Notes under the pieces: generated by a model
What the model saw: only the letters and a program-made list of their open reading frames with translations
What the model was told of the DNA's origin: nothing
Database searches by the model: none
Translations under genes and position numbers: made by a program
Assembly: GCA_951406725.2 (NCBI GenBank)
Contig: OX597837.1
Location: 36,704,001-36,768,000, forward strand
DNA from: Octopus vulgaris
Lineage: Eukaryota
DNA length: 64,000 bases
Direction: 5' to 3'
Shown here: positions 14,701-28,950 of the stretch, piece by piece
How positions within the stretch are numbered: position 1 is the stretch's first letter
How the letters are laid out: each line of letters begins with the position of its first letter

Positions 14701-16125
14701 TTCGTATGTGTGTGTGTGTATGCGTGGGCGTTTATAAGTGTTTGTGTGTGTCTGAGTATGTGTGTGTGTGTTTGAGAGTGTGTGTGTGCTTGCGTGTCTT
14801 CGTGGGTGTGTTGGTCAATCGGTCAATCCGATACACAGATATCAGTGACCACCACCACCACCACTACTACTCAAACCAATACCATTGCTGTGACCACTAA
14901 CACCACCACCACTCTACTCCAACGATAAAGAATGTGGTTGCTGAACGTGCTAGAAATAGCAACCAAATCTCCATCCCTAAACACACACTGCTTGCTTTTC
15001 ACATAAAAAGATAGGATGTATTTGGTTACCAAGGTCTTAAATTTGTTGTTTGTCATTAGAATGCGGCCATGCTGGAGTACTGCCTTGTTTTCTAAGTCTG
15101 ATACTTATCTAGCTTGCGTTTGCTAAAACAGTTTCCGAGGTGTGACCAAACCAACACCGGTTGTCAAATGATGGAGGAGGACAAAGATATACACATTAGT
15201 GGTTAGGAAGCTTGCTTCCCAGCCACATGGTTCTGGGTTCAATCCCACCACGTGGCACCTTGGGCAAGTGTCTTCTGCTATAGCCTTGGTCCAACCAAAG
15301 CCCTGTGAATTTGGTAGACGGAAACTGAAAGAAGCCCATCATATATATATATGTGTGTGTTTTTGTCTGTTTGTTCCCCTCATCATTGCTTGACAGCTGG
15401 TGTTGCTGTGTTTACGTCCCTGTAACTTAGCGGTTTGACAAAAGAGACTAATAGAAAAAGTACTAGGCTTACAAAGAATGTCCTGGGTTCGAATTGTTCA
15501 ACAAAAACACTTTAAGGCAGTGCTCCAACATGGCCAGTCAAATGAGTGAAACAAGTAAGAAAATGTATGTATATATACATGATGGGCTTCTGTACAGTTT
15601 CCTTCAACCAAATTTACACATGACATTTGTCAGCTGGGGACTATAGTAGAAGATACTTGCCCAAGGTGCCATGTGGTGGGACTGAGCCTAGAACCACATG
15701 GTTGCAAAGCGAGCTTTAACCACATGGCCATGTTTGCACTTAGGGTAGGACCCCTCGACCTTTTAAATATCTGGGCCAGATCCAAAACCTGGATTTTTTT
15801 TTTAGGGGTCTGCACCAGAAAAAATAAAAACACAAGTCAAAGAAAACTTTATAGTGGGAAGACCATCGAATGCCACCGGAAGGATGCTTGAGGGCCACAT
15901 AGACATCTAGGAGATCTAGGAGCTGTAGTTGAGAACCGTTAACTTAAGGCAGGGCTGACCAACCTGAGGTCCGTGGCCCGCAGACTTTTTTCTTGAGACC
16001 AGCTTGATACTTTCTTGAAATGGGTTTATTTAAACAAACGTTCTTTAAAATTTTATAAAAAATCAAAGATTGTAATGAAAAGTAATGGCAATGATAATAT
16101 TCCTTGTTGAATTAACAATCTTTCA

Positions 16126-16545
16126 TTCATCATCATCATCATCATCGTTTAGCATCCGCTTTCCATGCTAGCATGGGTTGGACGGTTCAACTGGGGTCTG
16201 GGAAGCCAGAAGGCTGCACCAGGCTCAGTCTGACCTGGCAGTGTTTCTACGGCTGGATGCCCTTCCTAACGCCAACCACTCCGCGAGTGTAATGGGTGCT
16301 TTTTACGTGCCACCGACACAGGTGCCAGACGGGGCTGGCAAACGGCCACGGACGGATGGTGCTTTTTACGTGTCACCAGCACGGGGGCCAGACGAAGCTG
16401 GCAAATGGCCACGGACGGATGGTGCTTTTTACGTGCCACCGGCACGGGGGCCAGGCGAAGCTGGCAGCGGCCACGATCGGATGGTGCTTTTTACATGCCA
16501 CCGACACGGAGGCCAGTCAGGGCGGCGCTGGCAACGGCCACATAT
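16126..16545 (-). mobile_element. LINE-tail repeat family (representative; others ~3781, 8067, 9257, 29347, 31620, 33335, 36505, 39463, 40879, 41842, 47351, 55067)
   Basis: (CAT)n-gtttagcatccgctttccatgctagcatgggttggacgg...ggatgcccttcctaacgccaaccact with internal ~45-bp repeats; same 3' end as the RTE fragment at 51030. Confidence 0.8.
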
Positions 16546-16989
16546 TAACATGAGAAAGCAAAATGCTTTCAATTCTGTCAGTATACAAACGGCCCTCAAA
16601 AACCTTCCTGTGATTAAAGTGGCCCACAATATAATTCGCGTTGGCCTGGCTTAGGGGATGGTCAGTGCAAGGATTGCCTTTTAAGTCATTTGTCATAAGT
16701 CTCCTGGATCAGGGATTACTGGGTAGGGTGTGGGAGTTTAGGGGGGGGGGGGGTAGGCTGAAACAGCCACCACCACCACCATCACCACTACTACTGTTAA
16801 TTAGACAGGTGACTGTGGTTGTATAGAACCATTGAATGAAACTTCTGATATTGCCCCCCCTCCCCCCCCACGCCTCCGTAATGTCAAGTTGTCAGTGATG
16901 TCATTGTTTTTTCCTCCTACCCCTCTCGCTTTTTCTCTCTGTCTCTCTTCTTTCCTTTCTCCCTTTCTTTCCTTCCTCCACCCTCTCTC

Positions 16990-17490
16990 TGTTTACATCT
17001 CCCCCCTCTATTTACATCTTTCCCTCTCTCTCTATTTACATCGTTCCCCCTCTCTATTTCTTTACATCTCCCTCTCTCTTTACGTCTGTCCCCCTCTCCA
17101 CATCTCCCTCTCTCTCTCTTTACGTCTTTCCTCCTCTCTACATCTCCCTCTCTCTCTTTACATCTTTCCCCCCTCTACATCTCCCTCTCTCTCTTTACAT
17201 CTTTCCCCCCTCTACATCTCCCTCTCTCTCTTTACATCTTTCCCCCCTCTACATCTCCCTCTCTCTCTTTACATCTTTCCCCCCTCTACATCTCCCTCTC
17301 TCTCTTTACATCTTTCCCCCCTCTACATCTCCCCTCTCTCTCTTTACATCTTTCCCCCCTCTACATCTCCCTCTCTCTCTTTACATCTTTCCCCCCTCTA
17401 CATCTCCCTCTCTCTCTTTACATCTTTCCCCCCTCTACATCTCCCTCTCTCTCTTTACATCTTTCCCCCCTCTACATCTCCCTCTCTCTA
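16990..17490. repeat. 37-bp polypyrimidine minisatellite
   Basis: unit CATCTTTCCCCCCTCTACATCTCCCTCTCTCTCTTTA. Confidence 0.92.
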
Positions 17491-18189
17491 TGCCCTAACT
17501 CACCACCCCAAACAGCAATCGCTAATTAACCTTCCACTTATTTTTACCCCATTGCACAACTACCACCACCACCACCACACCACCTGTTTCACTTATCACC
17601 CCCCCCACACACTCAACACACACATGCTGCACTAAACGCCCCCTACACACCATCGCCATCTTGGCCCTTTTATAGACCCCTGGGCAAATCAGTGCACTTG
17701 GGCCCTATAGTACTTATTTATTGATAGCAAATCCACAGCCTCCATAGATTCCAATTGCGGACCCTAGACCCATGAAACCCCTGGCCAGCTGCCCAGCATA
17801 CCCAATGCCTTAAGAAGGCCTCAGGCTGACCAAAGAGCTTGGGTGGATTAGGTACACGGAAACTGAAAGAAGCTCAAGGTATAAAGGTATACATATGTGT
17901 ATGTCAAGGCGGTGCTCCAGCATGGCCGCAGTCAATTGACAAACAAATAGAATAAACAAATGTGTGGTGTGTGTGTGTGTCTGTGTTTGTCCCCCCCACC
18001 ACCGCTTGACAACCGGTGTTAGTGTGTTTACGTCCCCTGTAACGTAGCGATGCGACAAAAGGGACCGATAAAGTATGTATCAGGCTTTAAGCAATTACTA
18101 GCGTGGTTGATTCGTTGGCACTAAATTTCTTCATGGCGGTGTCGTAGCATGGCCACAGTCAAATGAATGAAACAAAAGATGGACCTGCG

Positions 18190-19710
18190 CACACGCACAC
18201 ATACTCACACACACACATACATCCGTACGCACATCCACACACTCACACACACGTGCACGCGCATACATGTAGGCATATCCGCATGCATGCACATCCGCAC
18301 ACGCACACACACACATGCAGGCACACCCATACACACACACACACAGGCACATCCGCATGCAGGCACATCCGCACACACACATGCAGGCACATCCGCACAC
18401 ACACACACATGCATGCACATCCGCACACGCACACACACACATGCAGGCACACCCATACACACACACACACACAGGCACATCCGCATGCAGGCACATCCGC
18501 ACACACACATGCAGGCTCATCCGCACACACACACACACATGCAGGCACATCCACACACACACACACACACACATGCAGGCACATCCGCACACACACACAC
18601 ACACATGCAGGCACATCCGCACACACACACACACATGCAGGCACATCCGCACACACACACACACACATGCAGGCACATCCGCACACACACACACACATGC
18701 AGGCTCATCCGCACACACACACACACACATGCAGGCACATCCGCACACACACACACACACATGCAGGCACATCCGCACACACACACACACACATGCAGGC
18801 TCATCCGCACACACACACACACATGCAGGCACATCCGCACACACACACACACATGCAGGCACATCCGCACACACACACACACACATGCAGGCACATCCGC
18901 ACACACACACACACACATGCAGGCACATCCGCACACACACACACACATGCAGGCACATCCGCACACACACACACACGCATGCAGGCACATCCGCACACAC
19001 ACACACACACATGCAGGCACATCCGCACACACACACACACATGCAGGCACATCCGCACACACACACACACACATGCAGGCTCATCCGCACACACACACAC
19101 ACATGCAGGCACATCCGCACACACACACACACGCATGCAGGCACATCCGCACACACACACACACATGCAGGCACATCCGCACACACACACACACACATGC
19201 AGGCACATCCGCACACACACACACACATGCAGGCACATCCGCACACACGCACATGCAGGCACATCCGCACACACACACACACACATGCAGGCTCATTCGT
19301 ACACACACACACATGCAGGCTCATCCGCACACACACACACACATGCAGGCTCATCCGCACACACACACACACATGCAGGCTCATCCGCACACACACACAC
19401 ACATGCAGGCACATCCGCACACACACACACACACACATGCAGGCACACCCATACACACACACACAGGCACATCCGCATGCAGACACATACACGCATGCAG
19501 GCACATCCGCACACACACACACACACATGCAGGCACATCTGCACACACTCACACACAGGCACATCCACACACACACACATGGACATACACACATACATAC
19601 ACACAGCCACATCCGTACATACACACAAGCACATCTTCACACACATACACACACACACACATGCAAGCACATTCACACACACACACACGGATACACACAC
19701 ACACTCACTC
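18190..19710. repeat. Minisatellite ATGCAGGCACATCCGC(AC)n
   Basis: roughly 40 units with variable CA tracts; source of the 470-536 aa spurious ORFs. Confidence 0.95.
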
Positions 19711-20264
19711 CTGTACGTTCTTATACGTAACCACACACATGTAGGCAAGAAAACTTTACAGTGCGACTTGTGACTTCCTCCAGAAAACATTACCTTATCC
19801 CACCTTCCTCCTCCCCTGCACAACCCATACACACACACACATGCACACTACACTCTACACACACACACACACACACCCATCCTATAGTTAGGAACTTTGA
19901 TGACACCAACCACCGAGTACACATGACACATTGCCTCCACACACACACACACACACACACACACGCCTCCCTCTACATAACATTGTTGCTAGAAATTCTT
20001 GGTGAGGTTGACAGAGGTGTTTCTAGTGCACGTGGGTGTGTGTGTGTGTGGTGGAGGTTAGTAGGTGCAGAACCCCTACCCCCTCCCCCGTGTGCTTTTT
20101 ACCCCCCCCCCCCGCCTACACACACACACATTCCCTCTTTCTTTCTCTCTCTCTCTCTCTCTCCGTTTTTCCTTTGGTCTGTAATTGAGAGGGGACAGGT
20201 GGAAATAGCTTTCTTCCATTCATCTTCTCCTTAGGACTTAAGGTGCCGTGAGCTAACTAATTAT

Positions 20265-20364
20265 GCTATCTATCATTCTATCTATTTATCTATCTGTCTG
20301 TCTATCTATCTGTCGGTCTATCTATCTATCTATTTATTTATCTATATATCTATTTATCTGTCTG

Positions 20365-20401
<37 letters not shown>

Positions 20402-20563
20402 TGATCTATCTGTTTCTCTATCTATCTATCTATCTATCTAGTTATCTATCTATTTATCTTTATCTATCTATCTATTTGTCTATCTATCTGTCTATCTACC
20501 TGTCTATCTATCTATCTTGTCTCTCTATCTATCTATCTGTCTGTCTATCTATCTTGTCTATCT
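20265..20563. repeat. (TATC)n microsatellite
   Basis: direct reading. Confidence 0.95.
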
Positions 20564-21355
20564 GATTAGTTTCACTCATTTTAGTCATTAGAATGTGGAC
20601 ATGCCGGGGGGGGGCACCGCTTTGAATTTTTGCTGAATGAATCAACCCCCAGGACTTTTTTTTTATTTCTAAGCCTGACATTTATTGTCTGTCTTTTTTG
20701 CCAAACTTCTAAGCAATGGGGGTGTAACCACACCAACACCGGTTGTCAACCAGTGGTGGGACACACACACAACAGTTACTGTCTACCAGATCCACTCAGA
20801 AGGCTTTGGTTGGCCCACAGTTATAGTAAAAGAAATTTAGCCAAGGTGCCACGCAGTGGGACTGAACCCAGAACAATGTGGTTGGGAAGCAAACTACTTA
20901 CCACAGCCACATGCATATATGATGGGGAGCTTCGAAAGGGGTCAGGGAGTAGCATCCATCTTTGTCTTCCTGAGCTAGTTTTCCATCACACTTTTTAAAA
21001 TCGTGGTAGAGACCTTGGCCTTGGGCCCACTCATGTCTAGAAACTGAAGTTAGGGGCATGCTCCCCATAGAAAATCCAGCTCCAAAACAAGCCTCATGGT
21101 AGCAAAGGAGAATGAGCGCCAGCCAGCCCAAAGGTTGGGGTGGGCTGCACCTGCCTACCTCAGTTGCTATGGCATTGAGGTAGATCCGGGGACATGCAGG
21201 CACATCCACACACACATACACACACATACACGGGGACAAAACCCCGATTTAAAACACTGGATGGTAATGACGATATGAGACACAGATGGTACCAGGTTCA
21301 GTCTCACTGTATGGCACCTTGGGCAAGTGTCTGCTACTCTAGACCAGTGTGTTTA

Positions 21356-21392
<37 letters not shown>

Positions 21393-21569
21393 AATATAAG
21401 AGAGTGGTCATTATATTGCTCACTCTAGCACTATATTATATTTATTTTGTAAAAATATTATAATATGTTATAAAATATTATAATAATCCAGGTTTCTCGT
21501 AGCACTAGGCCACTTGGTGTTGAATAAATATACTATTAAATTAGTATCTAATTCTCTCACCCTTATTAA

Positions 21570-21601
<32 letters not shown>

Positions 21602-22937
21602 CTGTTTGTTACTCCTTGTCTTCACATCGCATAATTGTTGCGAAGGATTTGCTAAGATTATCTCCAGAGACTTTCTGAAGAAATTATTAACCATCACTGA
21701 TTTTGTCTCAGATGCAAAACAACAAAATTCAGTGGTGACTATAAATTTCTATAAAAAATCTATCGAGATAATCTTTAACAGGTGATGTTATAGCACTGCT
21801 AACACAATGGAACCCACACTGTGAATCCCAACTGGTGGGGATTGGCTGTTCAACTACTTTCAAAGGTGATGGTCATGATCTTGAAGCTATGTGGTTGGGA
21901 AGCAAGCTTCTTATCCTCACAGCCACAGTTGCACATGTGCCACCTTTGCACAGCTGTCCTTCAATTCATTGCTTGTTTCAGTCAGACCGTGGCCATGCTG
22001 GGGCATTACCTTGAATATTTTTCATCAAATGAATCCATCCTTGTACTTTTTTTTTAAAGCATGGTGCTTATTCTGTCGGTCACTTTTGGCCAAACTGCTA
22101 AATTAGAGGGATGTAAATAAACAAACACCAGTTGTCAAGTGGTGGAATGGAGACACACACATACGTTTCCTTACTGGCACATAAAAATCAACATTTGAGC
22201 ATGGTTGTTGCCAGTGCCACTGGACTGGCTCCTGTGCAGGTAGCACATAAAAAATACCTTTTGAGTGTGGTTGTTGCCAGAACCACTTGACTGGCTCGAG
22301 TGCCGGTGGCACATAGAAGCACCCACTATACTCAGTGGCTGGCGTTAGGAAGGGCATCCAGCTGTAGAAACTTTGCCAGACCATATTGAGCCTAGTGCAG
22401 CCTTCTGGTTCACCAGCCCTCAGTCAAACCTATTTCTTTACTGCCCACAAGGGGCTAAACACAGAGGGGACAAACAAGGAGAGACAAACGAATTAAGTCG
22501 ATTACATTGACCCCAGTGCGTAACTGGTGCTTATTTAATTGACCCCGAAAGGATGAAAGGCAGAGTCGACCTCGGTGGAATGTGAACTCAGAACATAGCG
22601 GCAGACGAAATACCGCTAATCATTTCGCCTGGTGCGCTAACGTCTCTGCCAGCTCGCCGCCCTCAGTCAAACCGTCCAACCCATGCCAGCATGGAAAGCG
22701 GACATTAAACAACGACGATGATGATGATGATGATGATACACACACACCCACATGGTAGGCTTCTATCAGTTTCCATCTACCAAAGTCTTGGTCAGCCCAA
22801 AGCTGTAGTAAAAAGCCACTTGCCCATGGTGCCACTTAGTGGAACTGAACCCAGAACCCAAGTGGTTGAGAAACAAACTTCTTACCCCATACAACCTCAT
22901 CTGTGCCTTAATAAATTTTTAAAATATAAAAACAATA

Positions 22938-23353
22938 GGCGCAGGAGTGGCTGTGTGGTAAGTAGCTTGCTAACCAACCACATGGTTCCGGGTTCAGTCC
23001 CACTGCGTGGCACCTTGGGCAAGTGTCTTCTACTATAGCCCCGGGCCGACCAATGCCTTGTGAGTGGATTTGGTAGGTGGAAACTGAAAGAAGCCCGTCG
23101 TATATATGTATATATATGTGTGTGTGCGTGTATGTTTGTGTGTCTATGTTTGTCCCCCTAGCATTGCTTGACAACCGATGCTGGTGTGTTTACGTCCCCG
23201 TTACTTAGCGGTTTGGCAAAAGAGACCGATAGAATAAGTACTGGGCTTACAAAAGAATAAGTCCCGGGGTCGAGTTGCTCGACTAAAGGCGGTGCTCCAG
23301 CATGGCCGCAGTCAAATGACTGAAACGAGTAAAAGAGTAAAAAGAGTAAAGAG
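22938..23353 (+). mobile_element. tRNA-derived SINE family A, full length (others ~1594-2012 -, 3490-4128 -, 26911-27290, 39066-39450, 39935-40320, 58085-58460, 61188-61770)
   Basis: A box gtggctgtgtggtaag, B box ggttcagtccc, internal (TA/TG)n, tail (AGTAAAAG)n; many copies. Confidence 0.88.
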
Positions 23354-23707
23354 ATATGCACTGTTTTGAGGGGTGGGATTTAACTGTTATTTCTAGCAGA
23401 TCAACCGAATGCCTGTCTGCTCTCTCGTTAGATCAACATGGAGGTTTTGAGGTTAATCAGTTGACTTGTCGCAGTAGTTGTGTGCATTAGAGCGCAGAGA
23501 CTGCAGTCTCCATGACACCAGCTGCACTTGTTGCGCATTAAATTTGATCGTTCAGCCTAGGTTGCTGTTATTTAGCCCCGAGATAATCCTGATCGAGCAG
23601 ACCTATCATTATTCCAATTGTGACCATCCTATCGATTTTAGGGAAGGCGATGTGTGTGTATTACCTTTATGTACGGGCTTTCCCTTTTTTTTTTTTGAAG
23701 GCATCGG

Positions 23708-24235
23708 GTTATTTGGAGATTTGGCTGTTATTTCTAGTGCATCAAAATGGCCATTTGCAGCTCCTTCCCTTCGTTGTTATTTGGAGATTTGGCTGTTATT
23801 TCTAGTGTGTCAAAATGGCCATTTGCAGCCCCTTCCCTTCATTGTTATTTGGAGATTTGGCTGTTATTTCTAGTGTGTCAAAATGTCCATTTGCAGCCCC
23901 TTCATGTCATTGTTATTTGGAGATTTGGCTGTTATTTCTAGCAAGTTGAGTAGCCATCCAGAACCTACGCCCCACTTCATTATTCGTGGGATATATTGCT
24001 GTTATTTCTAGCAAGTAGAGTAGCCATCTAGAACACCCCCACAGCCACCTTCATTGTAATTTGTAGGATATTTGGCTGTTATTTTTAGTGGAGTTAAGTG
24101 GCTAGCTACAGCACCTTTCCTTCATTGTTACATGAAGATTTGGCTGTTATGTTTAGTAATATGTGGTCATCTAGAGCTCCCCATTGTTTCATTGTCATTT
24201 GTAGATTTGGCTGTTATTTCTAGCAGGTCGAGCAG
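23708..24235. repeat. ~68-bp tandem repeat containing GGAGATTTGGCTGTTATTTCTAG
   Basis: about 8 units, divergence increasing toward the 3' end. Confidence 0.85.
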
Positions 24236-24364
24236 CAGACCATTCCCCCTCCATCGATGGCTTGTTGTTGGCTTTTTATTGTTATTGCTATCAAAGCTAC
24301 TCTGACCCTTCCCCTCCGCCACCTCTCAACGGATGCTGAATATTCATTCAACTTGGTTTATCTT

Positions 24365-24413
<49 letters not shown>

Positions 24414-24634
24414 GGCTGTTTCCTGTTTCCACACGCATTCGCACATACCTCCAAATACACACACAGACACAAAACTAACCATATAAGCACATATATATAT
24501 ATACAGACATTCACACACACACACGCACACATATACAGACATTCGCACACACATAGACGTATAGACATTCACACACACACACATATATATACAGACATTG
24601 ACACACACACACACACACACACATATAAACATTT

Positions 24635-24665
<31 letters not shown>

Positions 24666-25259
24666 GACATTCACACACACACACATATAAACATTCACAC
24701 ACACGCACGCACACATATAAACATTCACACACACGCACGCACACATATAAACATTCACACACACACACGCACACATATAAACATTCACACACATATATAG
24801 ACATTCACACACATACACATATACAGACATACACATACGGACACATGCACACATACAAACTCATGCACACATACAGACATACACACACACATAGGGACAC
24901 ACACAAGCATGCACGCACAAATACAGGCGTACACCCACATAAACACATATATACATACACATGTATAGACACAAATACATACACAGCACACACAACACAC
25001 ACACATGTACAAGCCTACACAAATACAGGCATACACTCACACACACACACTCACACACACACACATGCACGCACAGCATATATGAGGAGGTGTTGTGAGT
25101 CCATTGTTTTGTCGGTGGAAGAAGATGTGTTGGGAGAGAAAGAAGCAGGGAAGTGGAAATGATTTGTTTCATGATGGAGAAGCTTTTTAGGGGGGGATAA
25201 ATGGCTGCCACAGCATCAGCAGCAGCAGCATCATCCTCATCAGCAACACTGCAATGGTC

Positions 25260-25810
25260 CATCATCTTCATTATCACTATCACCACCACCACTACCATCA
25301 CTGCAACGATCCATTATCATCATCACCATCACTATCGCCATTATCACCACCATCATCATCACCATTATCATCATCACCACCATTATCATCACCACCATCA
25401 TCACCATCACAACCACCACCACCATTCACCATCACCATCACTATCGCCATTATCACCACCATCATCATCATCACCACCACCACCACCATCATCATCATCA
25501 CCACCATCATCATCATCACCATCATCATCACCACCATCATCATCATCACCACCACCATCATTACCATCATCACCACCACCATCATCACTATCATCACCAC
25601 CACCATCATCACCACCATCATCATCATCATCATCATCACCGTCATCATCATCATCACCATCATCACCACCACCATCATCACTATCATCATCACCACCACC
25701 ATCATCACCATCATTATCACCATCATCACCACCACCATCATCATCACCGTCATCATCACCATCATCATCACCACCACCATCACCACTATCGCCACCACCA
25801 TCACCCCCAC
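25260..25810. repeat. (CAT/CAC)n trinucleotide tract
   Basis: direct reading; similar tracts at 10490-10860, 13870-14210, 57590-57760. Confidence 0.95.
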
Positions 25811-26758
25811 CGCTGCCATTCCCAGTACCAACACAACCATCACATATGTTGTTGTTGACCAACCAAATGACCATCAAAATATTGACTGCTCCCATATTAA
25901 ACTTATTACGTAGTTGTTTTGTTAATTGCCCTCGGTCAGCTCTGATCAAGTAGAATTATCGTCAAAGATATTCCAACCATGGCCATCCTGTCCTGTTTCA
26001 GTATTAGCGTACTCAGCACCACATTCTCCAAAATGTTCTTTCTAAGGTGCTACAATGAAGTTTGAAGGAGATTTGGCTGCTATTTCTAGTAAGCAGTGTA
26101 ACCACATAGAGGCTTCGTTGTTGGCTCATTGCTGTTGGTGAGGAGGCATGGCTGTGTGGTTAAAATATTTGCCTTTCAACCATGTGGTCTCTGGTTCAGT
26201 CCCACTTTGAGACACCTTGGGCAAGTGTCTTCTTTAACCCTGGGCTGACCAAAATCTTGTGAGTGAATCTGGAAGAGGAAAACTGCATGGAAGTGCATTG
26301 TGTGTGTGTGTAGTGAAAGAAGTGCTTGTGTATGTAATATATATATATATATATATATATATGGCTGTGTGGTAAGAAGTTTGCTTCACAACCATGTGAT
26401 TCCAGGTTCAGTCCCACTGTGTGGCACCTTGGGCAAGTGTCTTGTATTGTAGCCTTAGGCCAACCAAAGCCTCATGAGTGGACTTGGTAGACAGAAACTG
26501 AAAGAAGCCCGTGTGTGTGTGTGTGTGTGTGTATATATACACAGAATCCTAGGTAACCACTTCAACCAGCCATAACCATCTTTCTCTAAATACTCTTGTT
26601 CTATAACTTAGTGTTCTTCTCTTTCAGATTAATGATTTACTGACAATATATATATATATATATAAAGAGAGAGAGAGAGTCTGTATAGCAAGTGTCTTCT
26701 ATAGCCTCAAGCCAACCAAACCATTCTTTATTTTCTCTCCCTGTTTCTTTCTGTGTTC

Positions 26759-26794
26759 CTTTCTGTGGAAGAGCATAGGCCCGAAACGTTAAAG
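26759..26794 (+). ncRNA. Degenerate minimal hammerhead motif, related to 40415
   Basis: CUUU-CUGUGGA-A-GAGC(AUAG)GCCC-GAAA-CG-UU|AAAG; core A6 replaced by U. Confidence 0.55.
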
Positions 26795-27301
26795 ACTTTT
26801 TCACTTCCTGAGCGTTATACTAATACATCTGTCTGTTGTCTACATCACCTGTCTTCATCTTGTTTTTTTGTGAATTCTCCCTATATATATAGAGAGAGAG
26901 AGAAAGAGAGGCACAGGCGTGGCTGTGTGGTAAGAAGCTTGTTTCCCAACCACATGGTTCTCGGTTCAGTCCCACTGTGTGGCATCTTGGGCAATTGTCT
27001 TCTATAGCCTCAAGCCAACCAAACCCTTGTGAGTGGATTTGGTAGACAGAAACTGAAAAAAGCCTCTCTGTGTGTGTGTATGTATGTACTTGTGTCTGTA
27101 TTTGTCCCTCTGCCATCGCTTGACAACCAATCTTGGTGTTTACCTTCCTGTAACTTAGCAGTTCGGCAAAAGAGGCTGATAGAATAAGTACCAGGCTTAC
27201 AAAAGAATAAGTCTAGGAGTTGATTTCTTTGACTAAAACGCAGTGCTCCAGCATGGCCACAGTCAACATGACTAAAACGAGTAGAAGAATATGTGTATAT
27301 G

Positions 27302-27359
<58 letters not shown>

Positions 27360-28208
27360 CAATGTGCATGTGTTTGTCTCCCACCACAACTTGACAACTG
27401 GTGTTAGTATGTTTATGTCCCTGTCACTTAGCAGTTCAGCAAAAGAGACTGATTGAAGTATCAGGGTTAAAAATAAGAAATAAGTACTGGGGTCAATTCG
27501 TTTACATTCTACAAGGTAGTGCCCCAGCATGGCCACAGTCTAATGACCGAAACAAAAGATAAACAGATGTGTATGTGTGTGTGTTTATATTTGTGTATGT
27601 ATGTGTGTGTGTGTGTAATGAGATACATCCATTGTAGATGTTTAGTCACTGATTGTAAACAATGGCTTCATTGATTATAATCTTCGCTTAAAGTTCATAT
27701 CTGTCGATACATCTGGGCTTCTAAAGCATAACTCTTTCGTGGCCATTCAAAATACCACTATTATGTGTTATCAAAAAGAATATAATAACCATTCGAGATA
27801 TATTTAGTGATGTCTGAAATTCATGGACACCATATATATATATATATATATATATCAATTATACACTGATGTAAGAACGGGTTGTTTATAAAGCTTGAAA
27901 CACGTGTACCGCGATATCCTTTGTGTTCTGTTTTTGATTTTATTTGATATATGCATGTATGTATATATATGTATATATATCTATCACAGTATGCGTGTGT
28001 GTATAATAACTAGCACATACATTTCCACAATTCTCAACCGATTTTCACCAAACTTACACATTACTTATGTCTCAAGGATGATCATGCACTGGGCATAGTT
28101 ATTTTATATGTAGGGTCTTCCATACTTTTTAATATGTATGGCCAATACCAGTACCACCTGAATGGCTCTCATGCCGGTGGCATATAAAAGCACTAACTAC
28201 CTAACTAT

Positions 28209-28262
<54 letters not shown>

Positions 28263-28756
28263 ATTTACGATGTGAACTACGATGAAAAAAATATGAGAAA
28301 GATAAGGTATATATATAGGGGTTCCTTGAGACATGTTATTTATTTTAAGGGTTACACAAGGGTCAAAAGGTTGAGAAACACTGATCTAAAGCAATATTTG
28401 AGGGGGGGGCTTAAAATATCATTGTGGGTCCCCAATTTTCTGTTTTGTTGTGTGGACCCCACCAAACTGTTATATGACCCCTGGTTGAGAACCACTGGTC
28501 TATTTCATTCATTGGCCCCTGGAATTCACTTTTGTCTTTTACACTGGGTTGATTTAATCAACTCATCCCCTCCCCTCAAAATTTCTTGCATTGTGCCAAA
28601 ATTAGAATTATAGGCACAAGGCCTGAAATGCTTTGGGGAGGGGTAAGTTGATTACATCAACCCCAGTATGCAACAAGTACTTAGAATTATTTTGATTATT
28701 GCCATCATCATGATCATCATCATCATTTCTCTTTCTCTGTCCCCTTTCTAGATAAT

Positions 28757-28813
28757 ATGGTGAAGAATGTCACAGTCTCACCAAGGTGGATCTCTACAAT
28801 CGGACAACTTTGA
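28757..28813 (+). promoter_or_regulatory. Candidate upstream ORF (MVKNVTVSPRWISTIGQL*) in the 5' leader
   Basis: aatATGG at 28757, TGA at 28811-28813, out of frame with and ending 23 nt before the main ATG. Confidence 0.5.
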
Positions 28814-28836
28814 CCACCGACACACCTGAATGCATA

Positions 28837-28950
28837 ATGGCGTGTGCCCTATCCAGAGGAGACCATTCCGAAGAATCGACTCGCGTCAAGTTTTTCATTA
28901 CAAGCTATGCTGAGGACTTCTTTTCAGAAAGAGAATTACTCCGGAAAGAG
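28837..28950 (+). CDS. Coding exon 1 ([38 protein letters not shown]); exon probably begins at acceptor 28752
   Basis: ATG in ataATGG context; in-frame TAA at 28753 upstream; acceptor ...cccctttctag| ends 28751; donor GAG|gcaagt. Confidence 0.8.

Noticed and set aside
18131-19838. 470-536 aa ORFs on both strands
   Set aside because: Translations of a stop-free (CA)n minisatellite; no domain or splice support.
27866-27912. CUGAUGU-AAG...CUU-GAAA-CACGUG-UA hammerhead-like string
   Set aside because: A9 mutated and no stem I complement; at most a decayed or partial copy, not counted.
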